Below are positions 12,865 to 24,512 of a stretch of 64,000 nt of DNA, piece by piece. This DNA comes from Vitrella brassicaformis CCMP3155 (taxonomy: Eukaryota > Protista > Chromerida): positions 955-64,954 of the forward strand of contig CDMY01000497.1 in NCBI GenBank assembly GCA_001179505.1, read 5' to 3'. The first letter of the stretch is position 1, and each line of letters starts with the position of its first letter. A program made the translations under genes and the position numbers. Below the pieces are notes generated by a model. The model did not search any database and had not been told where the DNA came from. It saw only the letters and a program-made list of their open reading frames with translations.

Positions 12865-15800
12865 CTACTTGCTGCCCTTGGTTTGCAGCCGACGGGCAGT
12901 GGCCTTGACCTCGTAGTGGTCAACCCAGCTGTGCGTTTGGAGGAAGAACCAAGAAAAACACAAAGACAGTATTATCTTGATTGATCCGTGTCTCTTGAGG
13001 ACATCTGTGTGTGAGTGTGTATGTGTATTGGTTCGTACCGGCCTGTGGGCGTGACGAACTTGGTGGGGTCGTCGTCCTTGGTCGATCGGATCATCTTGCA
13101 GGAGGCGGAAAGCTGTTCAAAGTCGAAGGACTTGCAGATGGTCTCCTCCAGACACTTGCGGGCGCATGTGGCGGCATTCTGGACGGTGAAGACGGGGAAG
13201 TCGCCCGACACCAACAACTCCTTCTCCGAGTACCTGCATGCAGCCAACACACACAGCAGAAAGGATGCGATTGATGTATCGGGAAGGGGCATGACAGCAC
13301 ACATGTATCTGTGTGGCGGTTCGCGTACCTGTCGAACTGCAGCAGGGGGTTTTCGCCATCTATGGAGGTCAGGTCGACGCCCTCGGCGGTGATCTCGGCT
13401 CCCTCAGTTTCCATGAGGGGGGAGAACTCGAGTGGCAGTCTCATGAAGGTGTCGTTGGTCTTGAGGTACAGGACGCCTTGGCCGCCAGACCACAAAGTGC
13501 GCGACAGGTCGCACGCGTCGGGGTCCGTGTAGCACACTGTCCGGATAAGGAATGCAATGCAGCACACACAGACAGAAAGCGAGACAGAGAGGGAGAGGCT
13601 TGATGGATGGATGTTGGCCGTGTATATGTATGTGTGTGTGTTGGCGAGGTGCGTACCCTGGAGTCCGTCGGTTTCCTTGAGGAAGTGTGCGACGTTGATT
13701 CTGAGTTCGGTCTGTCCCTTGGGCGGGATGATTCCGTGTGGCGTGCCGGCCATGGTCATCCAGTGGTGTGCTGAGATGGGCATGTAGTGGATAGCGGTGC
13801 CCGTGGTGGGGTACGCCGACGTGGCCGAAACCTTCTTGTGTGTGGTGCCGCTCTTGAGCCCGATCTTGATGTGCTTGTCGCTCTGCGGGTTGAAGGCGTC
13901 GGCGTGCGTGATGCCATGGACGTTCTCGTACAAGAAGTGGATGGGGCCGCTCTCCTCGAGCACCACCTGGAAGTTGATGGTCCCCGCCCCGGCGTACTTG
14001 AAGCCGCTCCAGTGGACCGTCACGTCGTGCTCATCGACCGTGACGTACACCCCATCCGCCGTCGACAACTCGGACGAGGCGTACCCGTTGATGACCTGAC
14101 CAAACAAGTCAATGCGATGCGGCCACACACACAGAGGATGGATGGACGCCAAGGGGATAGATGAGTGCGCGTCTACAGCTGACCCCGTCGTAGCCGAGTA
14201 GGATTGAGCCGTCGAGTGAAACCTTCATGGTCGAGTATATGCCACCGAAGTACGGGACAGGGAAGGGCAGAGCCACCTCCGTCTCCCTCTCGCCAGATTC
14301 AAACGTGACCTTGTTCTCAACCGTCTTGTTCTCGAACCAGAAGAAGTCACCTGAATGGACAAGACAGCAAGTACCCTTCCTGGATGATTTCCCTCGCTCA
14401 CTCACTCACTCACTCACTGACTCATTCACTCAGCTTCTACCTACCGGTGGTCATGACGTAGTCGGGGGCGGTGGGGATCTGGGTGTCCATCCCCAGCTGC
14501 GCGCAGTACATGAGGCCCTTGACCGCATCCTCGTTAGTTATCTGATGACCAATTAAAGGATCGACACGCACGCATTGAATAAAGCACACGCCACGCCAGC
14601 AAGGGAAACAACCGAGAAGTGGATGATCGCTGCTGCCAATTCTCGCGTCGCTGACTGACCTTGATTTTGTAGGTGTTGGCTGTGTTGGATGGGATGCGCT
14701 CCCGGATGCTTGGGGGGGAAACGCCGAAGGAGGCGCCCTCACATGTGAGTGTGAGTGTCTTGCTAGTGGTGATATCCCGGCCGGCGGGAGAGCCTTCATT
14801 GGTGGCCAGGTGCAGGGTGGCGGTGCGGGTGCCGCTCTTGGACGGGATGCAACGGACCTGAGGAAACCAGAGAGGGAAAGAGAGACAGAGAGACAGACAG
14901 ACAGACGTTCAGCGAGCCATGTGTGTAGGTAGGGCTGCTTGTCGGTGAGTGTGGGCTGGCTGACCTTGACAAGGTGGGATTCCTGGTTGGGCGAGACGGT
15001 GACTATCATGCCCTTGGGCGGCAGCACTTCAAAGTCGTTGGCGTGGTCTCCCGTCACGTCCTGCACTTGCACGGCCAGGACACCGGTGCCGCCGTTGGCT
15101 ATGGGCACCTCAACGGCAGGACTGGGCACGTGGACAGCACTCTTGCCCACGGACAGACTCGCAGGCAAAGCCGGCGACAGGCTCGACCCGCCCAACGCCA
15201 GCAGCCGCAGGGAAGACTCCACACTGCTGCCGCCGCTGTGGATGTCCAAAGTGGCCCTGCGTAGATGCAAACAGACACACACCGTCGAACGGCACGGTAC
15301 GGCCAGGTGGAAAAGAGTGCGTCTCCCAGGCATCCCTACCCGTATTGGCCGGCAGTGACGGCGTCGACCTCGACTGTCACATTGACTGTGGCGCCCGCTG
15401 CCACTGTGGCCGTCGCAGGGTACGACACGGCGTTGGTCAAGCTCGCCGTCATCTGCACTCATCACACGTCATGAACACCCACTTCCTCTGCACTACTCCG
15501 TTTGGACAGACAGACAGGCAGACCGTCATGTGTGGTGGGTGGCTGGGCTACCTGGAGGGCCTTGCTGACGTTGAGTCTCTTCTCGGTGACGGTCAGGAAC
15601 GTGTCGTTTTCAGAGAGGGGCGTGCCGCTCTGCAGCAGGACCTCCTTCTGCTGGGCCCACGTCAGGTCCGGGTTGACCGCCAGCATGAGCGCCACAGCAC
15701 CCGTCACGTGCGGCACGGCCATCGATGTGCCGTTGGCCGTGTACAGCCTACAAGGCCAGACAGACACACAGACAGACCGTCCATCCGCCCATCGACAGAG

Positions 15801-18800
15801 GGGTCCTCTTTGTCTGCGTCATGCACGTCGCCTACGATTCATTGAAGAGGCTGGCTGGCACAGTCGAGACGATGTTAGCACCGGGCGCCGCGAGGTGGAT
15901 GGTCTCATTGCCGTAGGACGCCCAGTAGGGGATGTGGCCGTCTTCGTCATGCGCCGTGACCGTCACCATGTTGGGAATACCGAAGGTCGCCGGGAAGTCG
16001 GGCATGGCGTCGTTGTCGAATCCCTCATTGCCTGACATCGTATGCATCCATCCATCAGGCTATGTACGAATGTATGTATGCATGGGTGCCCTGTCTTGTC
16101 TTGTCCTGTGGCCTGCCTGCGGCACAGATGAACAGCTGGTTGGCCTTCATGTTGGCGACAATGGCGTTGTAGAGTGCGGAGCTGAATCGGACTCCGCCCC
16201 ACGAGTTGCTCGTCACGTGCGCCCCGTGGTCCACCGCATACTCGAGGGCCTCGATGGCATCCGACATTAGACCTGATCACATTCCAGACACACAACAAAC
16301 ACACACACACACACACAGACACAGATGGGCCACAAGGAGACATGTAGCCCATTCACAGAGAGTATCAGTGGGTCAGTAACGTACCACTGCCATCAGCTGC
16401 GAGGAATTTGAGTGCCATGATTTGGGCCTTCCACGCAACGCCGCTAACTTCGGCTCCGTTGTTGCCCTTGGCGGCAATGACACCAGCAACTAAACAAATG
16501 CACACAGGCAGACAGACAGACAGACAGGCGTGGTGTCAGTCGATTGGTATATCGGCCGATCGGTAGGTCTGTCTGTCTGTCTGTGTGTGTGTGTGTCTGT
16601 CTGTGTGTGTGTGTGTCTGTCTGTGTGTGTCGGTATGGTAGCGAGTGCTGTGTCTGCAGTGCTGCATACCATGTGTTCCGTGCCCGGCGTCATCCATGGG
16701 GTCGCCATCCTTGTTGCGGAAGTCATAGCCGTAGATGTCGTCTATGTAGCCGTTCTCTGCCAACACAAACACACACACGCAACCATGTACCTACCTACCC
16801 GCCCATCCCATACATGCATACCGTCGTCATCAACGCCTGCTTGTCCGTTGAGTTCGGCCTGGTTGACCCAGAGGTTGTCCTTGAGGTCGTTATGCGTGTA
16901 ATCGACGCCCGTATCGAGCACAGCCACCACAGGGCCCTTGGGCAGCTTGGTGGACGAGCCAGTGGTCACAGACCACGCATCGGGGGCGCCGATGGACAGC
17001 ATGCCCCACTGGTTGCCGAAGGAAGGGTCATTGGGGACTGTGCCTGTGGCCTTGACCACCTGGTCCTCCTCGCACGCCGCCACACTCTCGTCGCTGCAGA
17101 TCTCGTCCACATTCTTCTGGAACTCGGTGATGTTGGCAGGGTTCTGGGGGTCCACGTACAGCTCCAGGATGTCCACGTGGCTGCGACGCATCTTGCGGTG
17201 CTCCTTGATGGCTGAACACACCAACACACCACACCACAACACAGCACAACATGAGATAGCGACGCAAGGATACCTCTGCCTGTCTGCCCTTTGTGCAGCC
17301 ATCCATATCACAGATGCATACGTACAGTACCGTCTTTGAGTCTATCGACGATGTCTGAGAGCCAGCCGAGTCGTCTGCGTCCTGCCTCTGCAGCGGTAGC
17401 GTTGTGGTAGACGACGAGGATGCGGGGAGGCGAGCCCAGGGCTGTCGTGCTGCCGCTCGGGGGAGTGCCACTCAGCTTCCGCCCCGCAGCCTTGTCAGCC
17501 TCATCCGCAGACGTGCTGAATGAAGCAACAAGCCAGCGAAACACACAAGACGGAGGTAGGTCAAAGCACTCACTTCACAATCTCTTGCTGACATGTGTTC
17601 CTTGGCCTTGGCCTGGAGTGCTCGTCTGGCGGTCTGTGTGGCGTTGGTGACGTTGTTGAGGTCGAGTGATTCCTGTATGTCGGCCTCGATGGCAGCGTGT
17701 GCACTCGACAGCTTGGCGAAGTCATCGGCCGTGAGGAACAGTGGCAGCGGCATGGGCAGCCAGGGGACCGTGCCAGTGGTGTCGCTCAGGTGGAACAGAC
17801 CCAGGCTGTACAGCATCGATATGTCCGCACTGACAGACACCAACACACATACATACACAAAGAGACAGACAGACCCATTCACACGTGGCTGGCCGTGGTG
17901 TTGTGTTGGTTGGAAGCCTGCTGCTTACTTGAAGAGTTCTGTGTTGATGACGTCTCTGTTTCTGGAGATCATCCAGAGGTCGAGGTCGGTGAATATGGGC
18001 GAGAAGGCGGCGGCGGTGGACTCCTGTGTGTTGGCTGGGGACGTCGTGAAGAAACCCATCTTGACCATCTCGCTGAAGAGCGCAGACCCTGCCGTTGCAT
18101 TCAGCTCGCCAAACAATGACGCACTCGACTGCACACGCCGACAGAGGCAGGCGGAAACACAATGCATCGGGCTTGCTGGTGGCTGGCTGGCTGACCGTGT
18201 CGAATGTGACGGCGAGTATTTTGTTGTCGTCGTCCACTTTGACAGAGCGAACGAGGTATTCATTGGCCTGTGTCTCCGTGTAGTTCCAGTCGCCAGACCC
18301 ACGGAAGAGTGTGCTGGCCGGGAAGTCCGCGTACGCCAGCCGACGGGAGCCTCCACCGCCCTGCTTGGCCTTGAGCTGACGAGCCTGCAAGACAGAGAGG
18401 GGGAGAGGGATCAATGGATCAATGGATGGATGGACGGATGCGTGGATGGATGAGGGAAAAGGCCCGCCAGGCACACGACACGTGTGCTGCTCGCTATCGG
18501 TAGTGCTGGTCTGAAGGTTGGTGTTGTACAGTATCTACCTACCGCTGGGGGTGAGATGTTCTTCCAGTAGAAGTCGGGGTTGGCGGCGTTGACGGCAGTG
18601 GCGTCGAATGACGAGAGGAGCACCATGTTCCACTTGTGCAGCACGTGGTCCTTGGCCGTGCCCACCAACGACTCCCACGTCGTACCCGCCTTCATGCCCA
18701 GGTCACGAGGCGTCACCTCACTGAAAGACATACATACACAACACACGACACGGCAAGACGCATGTACAGCCATGTTGCACACTGCCTGTGGTGGTGTAGT

Positions 18801-21800
18801 GTCCCTCTCTGTTTGGCCGCCTGGCTGGCTGGTTGACTGACTTTTTGCGCCAGGCGGATGTTTCCAAAAGGCTGAGGTCGAAATTGGAGAGGTGTGCCGA
18901 TGCAGGGAACTCACCGATGGCGCAGTCGTGGAAGTTGGGGTGCCAGTTGGACGACCTGAGCGAGGTTTCAATCAATGAAGGAAGGCACCCATGTTGATGA
19001 TTGCATGTGTGTGTGGTGCCCTACTTGAAGAATCCGATGGGTTCTGCGTGTCCCTCATAGACGGCCCAGAAGCGGGCGCCGCCATAGGTGGATGCGGTGG
19101 GTGTAGTGAGGTTCTGGTACTCGAAGCCCCATGGCTTGATGGCCCCGTCGCGGGAGCGGATGAAGCCCCACGGGTGCCACACGCCATCCTGGCTCTTGTA
19201 GACGCCCCATGGGTAGAAGGTGTTGTCGTAGCTGCCACACGAGACACAACACACGCAAGTGCATAAGTATTCCATCGTCTATCTATCTGGATTGATGCCT
19301 CGGTTCGCTGCTCGCTGGCTCTTTCGTATGTGACATCCATCTGTGTGTTTACCTGAAGTATCCGATAGGGACGATTTTCCAGGAGACGTCCCTCCAGGTG
19401 CTGGCCGTCGGTGACATTTCCATCGTAGGGTCGGCTGGGCTATAGGACCCAGCGTCGATGGGTGGTGGAGCTGCAGCAGCCTCCAGACGCCGCCCCGCTA
19501 CTTCGGTCTCTTCCGGCGGCTGGTAGAACAGGCCGCACGAGACGCACCGCTGGATGCCTATGGCGCCCCAGCGCTGGAAACCTGGGGAGCCCCAGCGCTG
19601 GATGCCACCGGACATCCATCGGGAGAAGCCAGGAGGCATCAGCATGCCGTCCTCGCTACCGGCGATCGACCGCTGAATGCCGGGTGACATCCACCGCTGA
19701 ATGCCGGGTGACATCCACCGCTGAATGCCGGGGGCACCCCAGTCTCCCCAGGAGCGCTGGATGCCTCCAGAGCCCCAGTTACTCCACCGCTGCAGGCCGG
19801 GAGAGCCCCAAAAGCTGCGCTGGATGCCGGGAGAATTCCACCCCCAGGTGCGATGGATGCCGACCGGCATCCAGATGCGCTGAATACCGGGCGACCCCCA
19901 GCCCCACCGTTGAAAGCCCGGGGACATCCAGCCCCATCGCTGAATGCCGGGGGGCGCCCATCCCCACCGCTGAATACCGGGCGACATCCAGCCCCACCGG
20001 GCGATGCCCTGCAGACATACCACACAAACACACATATGTGACGGCGGGGCATCATGTCACGTATCTGTGCCTGGATTGACTTACGATAGGCATCCAGTTG
20101 TTCCAGCGACCGAGCCCCACGTGGTTCAGGACCCCGAAGTAGCTGTCGAGCCAGCGGGCGATGCCCGTCCAGCCCCAGCCGTAGGCAGCAGGATGCCATC
20201 TCGCGATGCCGAACCAGCCCCTGGTCCATTCATATGCCGCCAGACAGACAGACGGCAAGAAAATGCGCAAAGCAGAGACATACCTTCTCTTTCCCTTTCT
20301 TATCTGGATTGGCTCACCAGCCGTGGTAGGCAGGACTCACCCAGCGTCCCTTGGCCACCCATCCCTGACATACAAGCGACGTATCCGTGAGATCCACTCA
20401 TTCACCCAAATAGCGCATTCATCCCTCTCGCTCTTCAGCACACTCACCCATCCCCAGTAGTCGTTGAAGGACCAGCGGCCGTTGCCGACCCACCTGAATG
20501 CCAAGACCGTCAAGAAGGCGTCTGTACATCCATCTGTGCGGTGCGCCTTCGTTACCCGAATCCAGTGTATTCGTAGGGGTTGTATCCTCGCGCAATGCCA
20601 GTCCATCCCCTGAACGACAATCGAGACGCCCTCAACACTCGTTCGTATTTGATGCAACATGTCAAGTTTACCAGCCAGGGTTCCAGCGGGAGATGTCTGA
20701 AGGAGAGCAGAGCACGGACACAGAAGAGCAGGTGCTGTGATTGCATGGCCGGGCTAGCTGCCTTTCACCCGGCCCACCCACCTTCCATGGTCCGATTCTC
20801 CTCTGCTCTAGCAATGCCGGTCCAGCCCCAGTCGGGATTCCAGCGGGCAATGCCAACGTAGCCCCTGAAGGAATCCACGGCAAAAAGGGAAAGGTCTGCC
20901 TTATTGAATCTTCTGTGTGCTTATGCACCGTACCATGAGCGTTGGATACCCACATTTCCACTAGGTGACACGGTTACAGGCATAAGCAAGTCATCGTAGC
21001 CGTGTGTGTCGTGTGTGTGCGTATGTCAGTACTAATAAGGGTTCCAACGCTCGTGGCCTGAAATGGCGCCTCTGTGCAAATAAGGAAATCGAGAGATCCC
21101 ACACGGTGGGTGTGAGGTATTGGTATGTGGTAGGTCGTCGCGGCTTACCCTTCGTAGTACCACGGGGTCCAGCGGGCCATGCCAAACCACCCCCTAGACA
21201 GACAGAGAAGAAGGCAGAAGCCAGGACATGAACAAACAGGTGTTACACAATCACGGGCAGCTTCACATGTGTATTTGGTCCCTGTGCGCACCAGCTGAAG
21301 TATGCGGGATTGAACCAGCGGGCAGTGCCCACCCAGCCCTACAACATCAATGAAGCACAGGCATTTATTCCATCTTGGCTATGTATCTGTTTCCTTTGGC
21401 CTCCCCTTGTGTGTAGTGCAGTGCAGTGTAGCATACCCATCCCCAGATGTCGCTCCATCTCCAGTTCGCCCCGCCGACCCAGTTCCACCCGAGGAATGTG
21501 CCGAAGAAGCGAGACACGTCGGATATGACGAAGAAGGGCAGAGTCTTCATGCCGCTTTCGCCGAAGGGCCCGCCCTCGGACCACGACAGGGCCGGCGCAA
21601 AGGCGAGTTCGTCCCATGGGGATGCTTTCGAGTGGTCCACGAAGTCGGCCGAGCCGCCAGGCAGGAAGTACCGGGCTGAGAAGAGCCCCGGGCTCTCGCG
21701 AAACCCGAAGCTGTGGATCTGTCCACCACCGGGCAGCCACGCCTCTGCAGCACACACAGCAGGGCGGATGAACCGTCAGATTCACGCCCTTAATGCATTG

Positions 21801-22218
21801 TCTGGCACAGATCTCTAGATCTCACACAGATGTCGCCCTTCCCGCCCCCGACCTTTGTCTTCGGACCAGACGCCCTTGTCGCTTTCATTTGTGGCATACC
21901 ACCAGCTCCAGTAGCTGTTGTAGTCGTCCGCGGTCCAGATGCTGTCTTTGGGCCAGAAGAGGGGCGCATTCCGCAGGTTCTTCACGGAAGCGACCACACC
22001 ATATGGATGGATGCCTTGTTATGCGGTGCTATTCGATGCCTCACCTTGATGGAGATATCGAGGGTGGCCTCGCTGCCGCCATCGTTGGTCACTTTGATGG
22101 TGACGGGTGTTTTCTGCCCTGCTGTGATGTTCTGCTTGAGGAGCGTGTGGTCCACGGTGAGCTGGTGGCTACTGCCCACCAAGGAAAGGATTGCGAGCAA
22201 AAAGACCCCAAGCGACAT
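12865..22218 (-). CDS. Large secreted subtilase polyprotein: signal peptide, Trp/Gly-rich tandem peptide array, spacer domains, prodomain-like region, S8 subtilisin (SUB1-like), Ig-like and NIDO-like regions, PAN/apple domain; >30 exons
   Basis: ATG 22218, [19 protein letters not shown] (hydrophobic signal). Junctions from exon 1 through the array to the protease exons, and PAN to last exon, were checked as phase-compatible; those between protease and PAN were not all checked. Triad: VAVLDTG (Asp ~16914), DDAGHGTH (His ~16680), [10 protein letters not shown] (Ser ~15724), plus SNSWGG and AAGN. The [16 protein letters not shown] insert resembles apicomplexan SUB1/bacterial subtilases. PAN: [29 protein letters not shown]. 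Stop TAG at 12865-12867. Confidence 0.85.
19547..21338 (-). repeat. Coding tandem array of ~29 W/G-rich peptide units, each ending in Arg (mostly G-x-x-R)
   Basis: 15 units in exon 20008-19353 ([28 protein letters not shown] x2...) and ~14 more on microexons 20085-21338 ([27 protein letters not shown]...). A 24-nt exact tandem lies at ~19670-19720. Confidence 0.9.
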
Positions 22219-22352
22219 CTTCGGGGCTTGTGAAAGGAGGGTGGAGGCAACGTTTTCGGCCGGAGGGGCTTGCGAGCTATGGGGGCAGGACGGCAAACGC
22301 GAAGGGAGAGATGAAATTCACAGAAAAAATCAAGGGATTGTAGGTATACGTG

Positions 22353-22389
22353 TGATGGTGACGGGTGTTTTCTGCCCTGCAGTGATGTT
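22353..22389 (+). repeat. 37-bp copy of subtilase exon-1 sequence (22095-22131) in its own upstream region
   Basis: TGATGGTGACGGGTGTTTTCTGCCCTGC(T/A)GTGATGTT, 1 mismatch. Confidence 0.9.
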
Positions 22390-22404
22390 GGTTGGTTCTC
22401 CGAC

Positions 22405-22503
22405 GAAATCGTTTGCGGTTCAAGGGAAGACGGCCTGCCTGAGATAGAATCGCCACACTCATTGCTTGTCCAGATCCAACCATCGGAGATGACGTCGACG
22501 TCG
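22405..22503 (+). repeat. 99-bp dispersed repeat, copy 2 (copy 1 at 7957-8055)
   Basis: 96/99 identity by eye. Confidence 0.9.
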
Positions 22504-22663
22504 TGGCCGTCCTTCTCTTCCCGCTGCCTCTTCTGTCGCATGATGGCCTCTGCTATCGCAACGTCCAGCTAGGGTTCGCTGCTGATGCCCATGACTTTTC
22601 GGGGTTCGTCAACATCTCGGTCTACAGCGGCAGTTGGGGCTTGTTCCGTCGACGGTGGTTCAG

Positions 22664-23418
22664 ATGAGCGACTTGGGCGAGCTGTTGTGTGCAGTGGTCC
22701 TGCAGAACGTCACCATGGTGCGCTCGCTGCTCAAGAAGTACCGCGCAGACCCCATCAAGATGCGCGGGACGACGGACGGAGTCACGGCTCTCCACTTGGC
22801 GGCATCGCGAGGCAGCCTCGATGTGGCAACGGCGCTGATTGATCGTCGTGCTGACGTCGACCGGCTGTCAGATCACCAACTATCGCCCTTGTCCGTGGCC
22901 GTCATGGTCAGCGACGGCGCTATGGCCGCACTGCTCTCGAGAGCTGGCGCTGACGCGGAGCTGCCGTGCCTGAATCCCGAGGAAGGCTTAGAGGATTCGA
23001 GTTAGGATGTCCTCTACATCAAGACACCGCTCCTCATTGCAGCAAAGTACGGCAAGCACAAGGCCATCGGGACGCTCTGGCTCCTCTCGGCAGCCCCGGT
23101 CAGCCTCCCCGGCCCTCGACGATATCGATGCCATTCGTCCAGCGGCATCAGCAACAGCAGCTGTGCCATCGAGATCTGTCATTATTCATCTGCTCAACTT
23201 GGCCACACGCAGCAGCAACGGTGTGGATTCAAGCAGCGCCATCGACGGCTGCGTGTGTTCTTCCGAGCATTTGCCGACATGTCGAGTGTGTGTCGCTGTG
23301 GGCGACTAAGATTTCCAGCCCCGAGACGATGGGTGTGGCAAAGAGGGCCATTACACAGCTCCCTGGCAGCTACCTGGTGATGGATGCCGTGGCGTCAGGT
23401 GAGATTTTATCTCCCTGA
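22664..23418 (+). pseudogene. Ankyrin-repeat gene with in-frame TAG and apparent downstream frameshifts
   Basis: GVTALHLAASRGSLDVATALIDRRADVD and LSPLSVAVMVSDG are ankyrin repeats. After TAG 23003-23005 the same frame continues with a third repeat, KTPLLIAAKYGKHKAI. Confidence 0.6.
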
Positions 23419-24512
23419 TGTGCCCGCGAAAATGCGCTTCTGCTGGGCACTGCTGTTACTCAATGGGAGAGCTTGCAAGCAGACAGAGAAACGATGTTTG
23501 TTTGGTTCCCTGTGTTTGTCCGTCAGTGTTGGCTGGGTCATGGTTGGATGGTGGCCTTTGCGAGTGAGCGAGGTCAAATGGGCCGGCATCGTCGCCATGA
23601 GCCGCCATCTCCTGCACACACGCAGCTATGCCGTCAGTCAGTCAGTCAGTCGGTGTGCTGTGCATACCATCGTATCAGTCAGTTTTTGCTCATACGGTCG
23701 TCTTCCCCTTTGTCGCGCAATGGATGCGATCGGGCAGTATTCATGTGTGAGTCGTGGGCGTGTTGTGTCGCGCAAAGAGTGCATGAGAGCCTTTATGTGC
23801 ACTGCTCAATCGTAGCGGGGGAGGGAGGGGTGGGCCTGTCATGCGTCTGTGTGCCTCTGCCTGTGATGGCATGTAGAGGAGCGTCCAGGTTGCGTGCGTG
23901 TCGGGGTTCGTGTGTCTGTCCGATGACCACGGCATGGGTGCATTTGCCTAAGTGATTCACGTGCAATCGGTGGATGCCAACTTCGCTTCAAAAAAAAGAG
24001 GCACACATACACATGCGCACACAGACACACAGACACACACACTCACAGCTACACACGTGAAGCCGTCCACCATGTCATGGGAACTGACCTAGGCACGTCA
24101 CCCGATGGCCATCTGCACGTCACCCGATTGATTAGCACCCACTCGCTCACTCACCGACACACACAAGGGGTGAATGCCATTCAAACACATGAACGAACAG
24201 GAAAGCGGAGCTCGTCGCGTTGCCGTTCATCTGTCTCTGTCCCTGTCTCAAGGCCGGCCATCGACACCAAAAAAAAAGTGGAGAGAGAGAGGGCAGCCAG
24301 CCAGAAGCACACGGGAAGAGAGAAGAGGTCAGCCAGAGGGACGACGGCGCAACACACACACACACTCGCAGGTGATGATATGTACAGGCGCGCGTGTGTA
24401 TGTATGTGTGTGTATTGCTGGGTGTATGGGTGGGGAGATGGCTGTCAGCAGAATCGCCGCTACGCCCCATTTCTGTGAGAGTGGATGTGTGACGCACATC
24501 CACTCTGCGCCC

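Noticed and set aside
19547-20008. Regularly spaced DNA repeats resembling a CRISPR array
   Set aside because: Repeats are codon-phased, lie within an exon of a eukaryotic gene and have no unique spacers of constant length; no cas genes are present.
19547-21338. WG/GW repeats as Argonaute-binding hooks (GW182/NRPE1-like)
   Set aside because: The protein has a signal peptide and a secretory protease, and the strict G-x-x-R periodicity is not a feature of Ago hooks.
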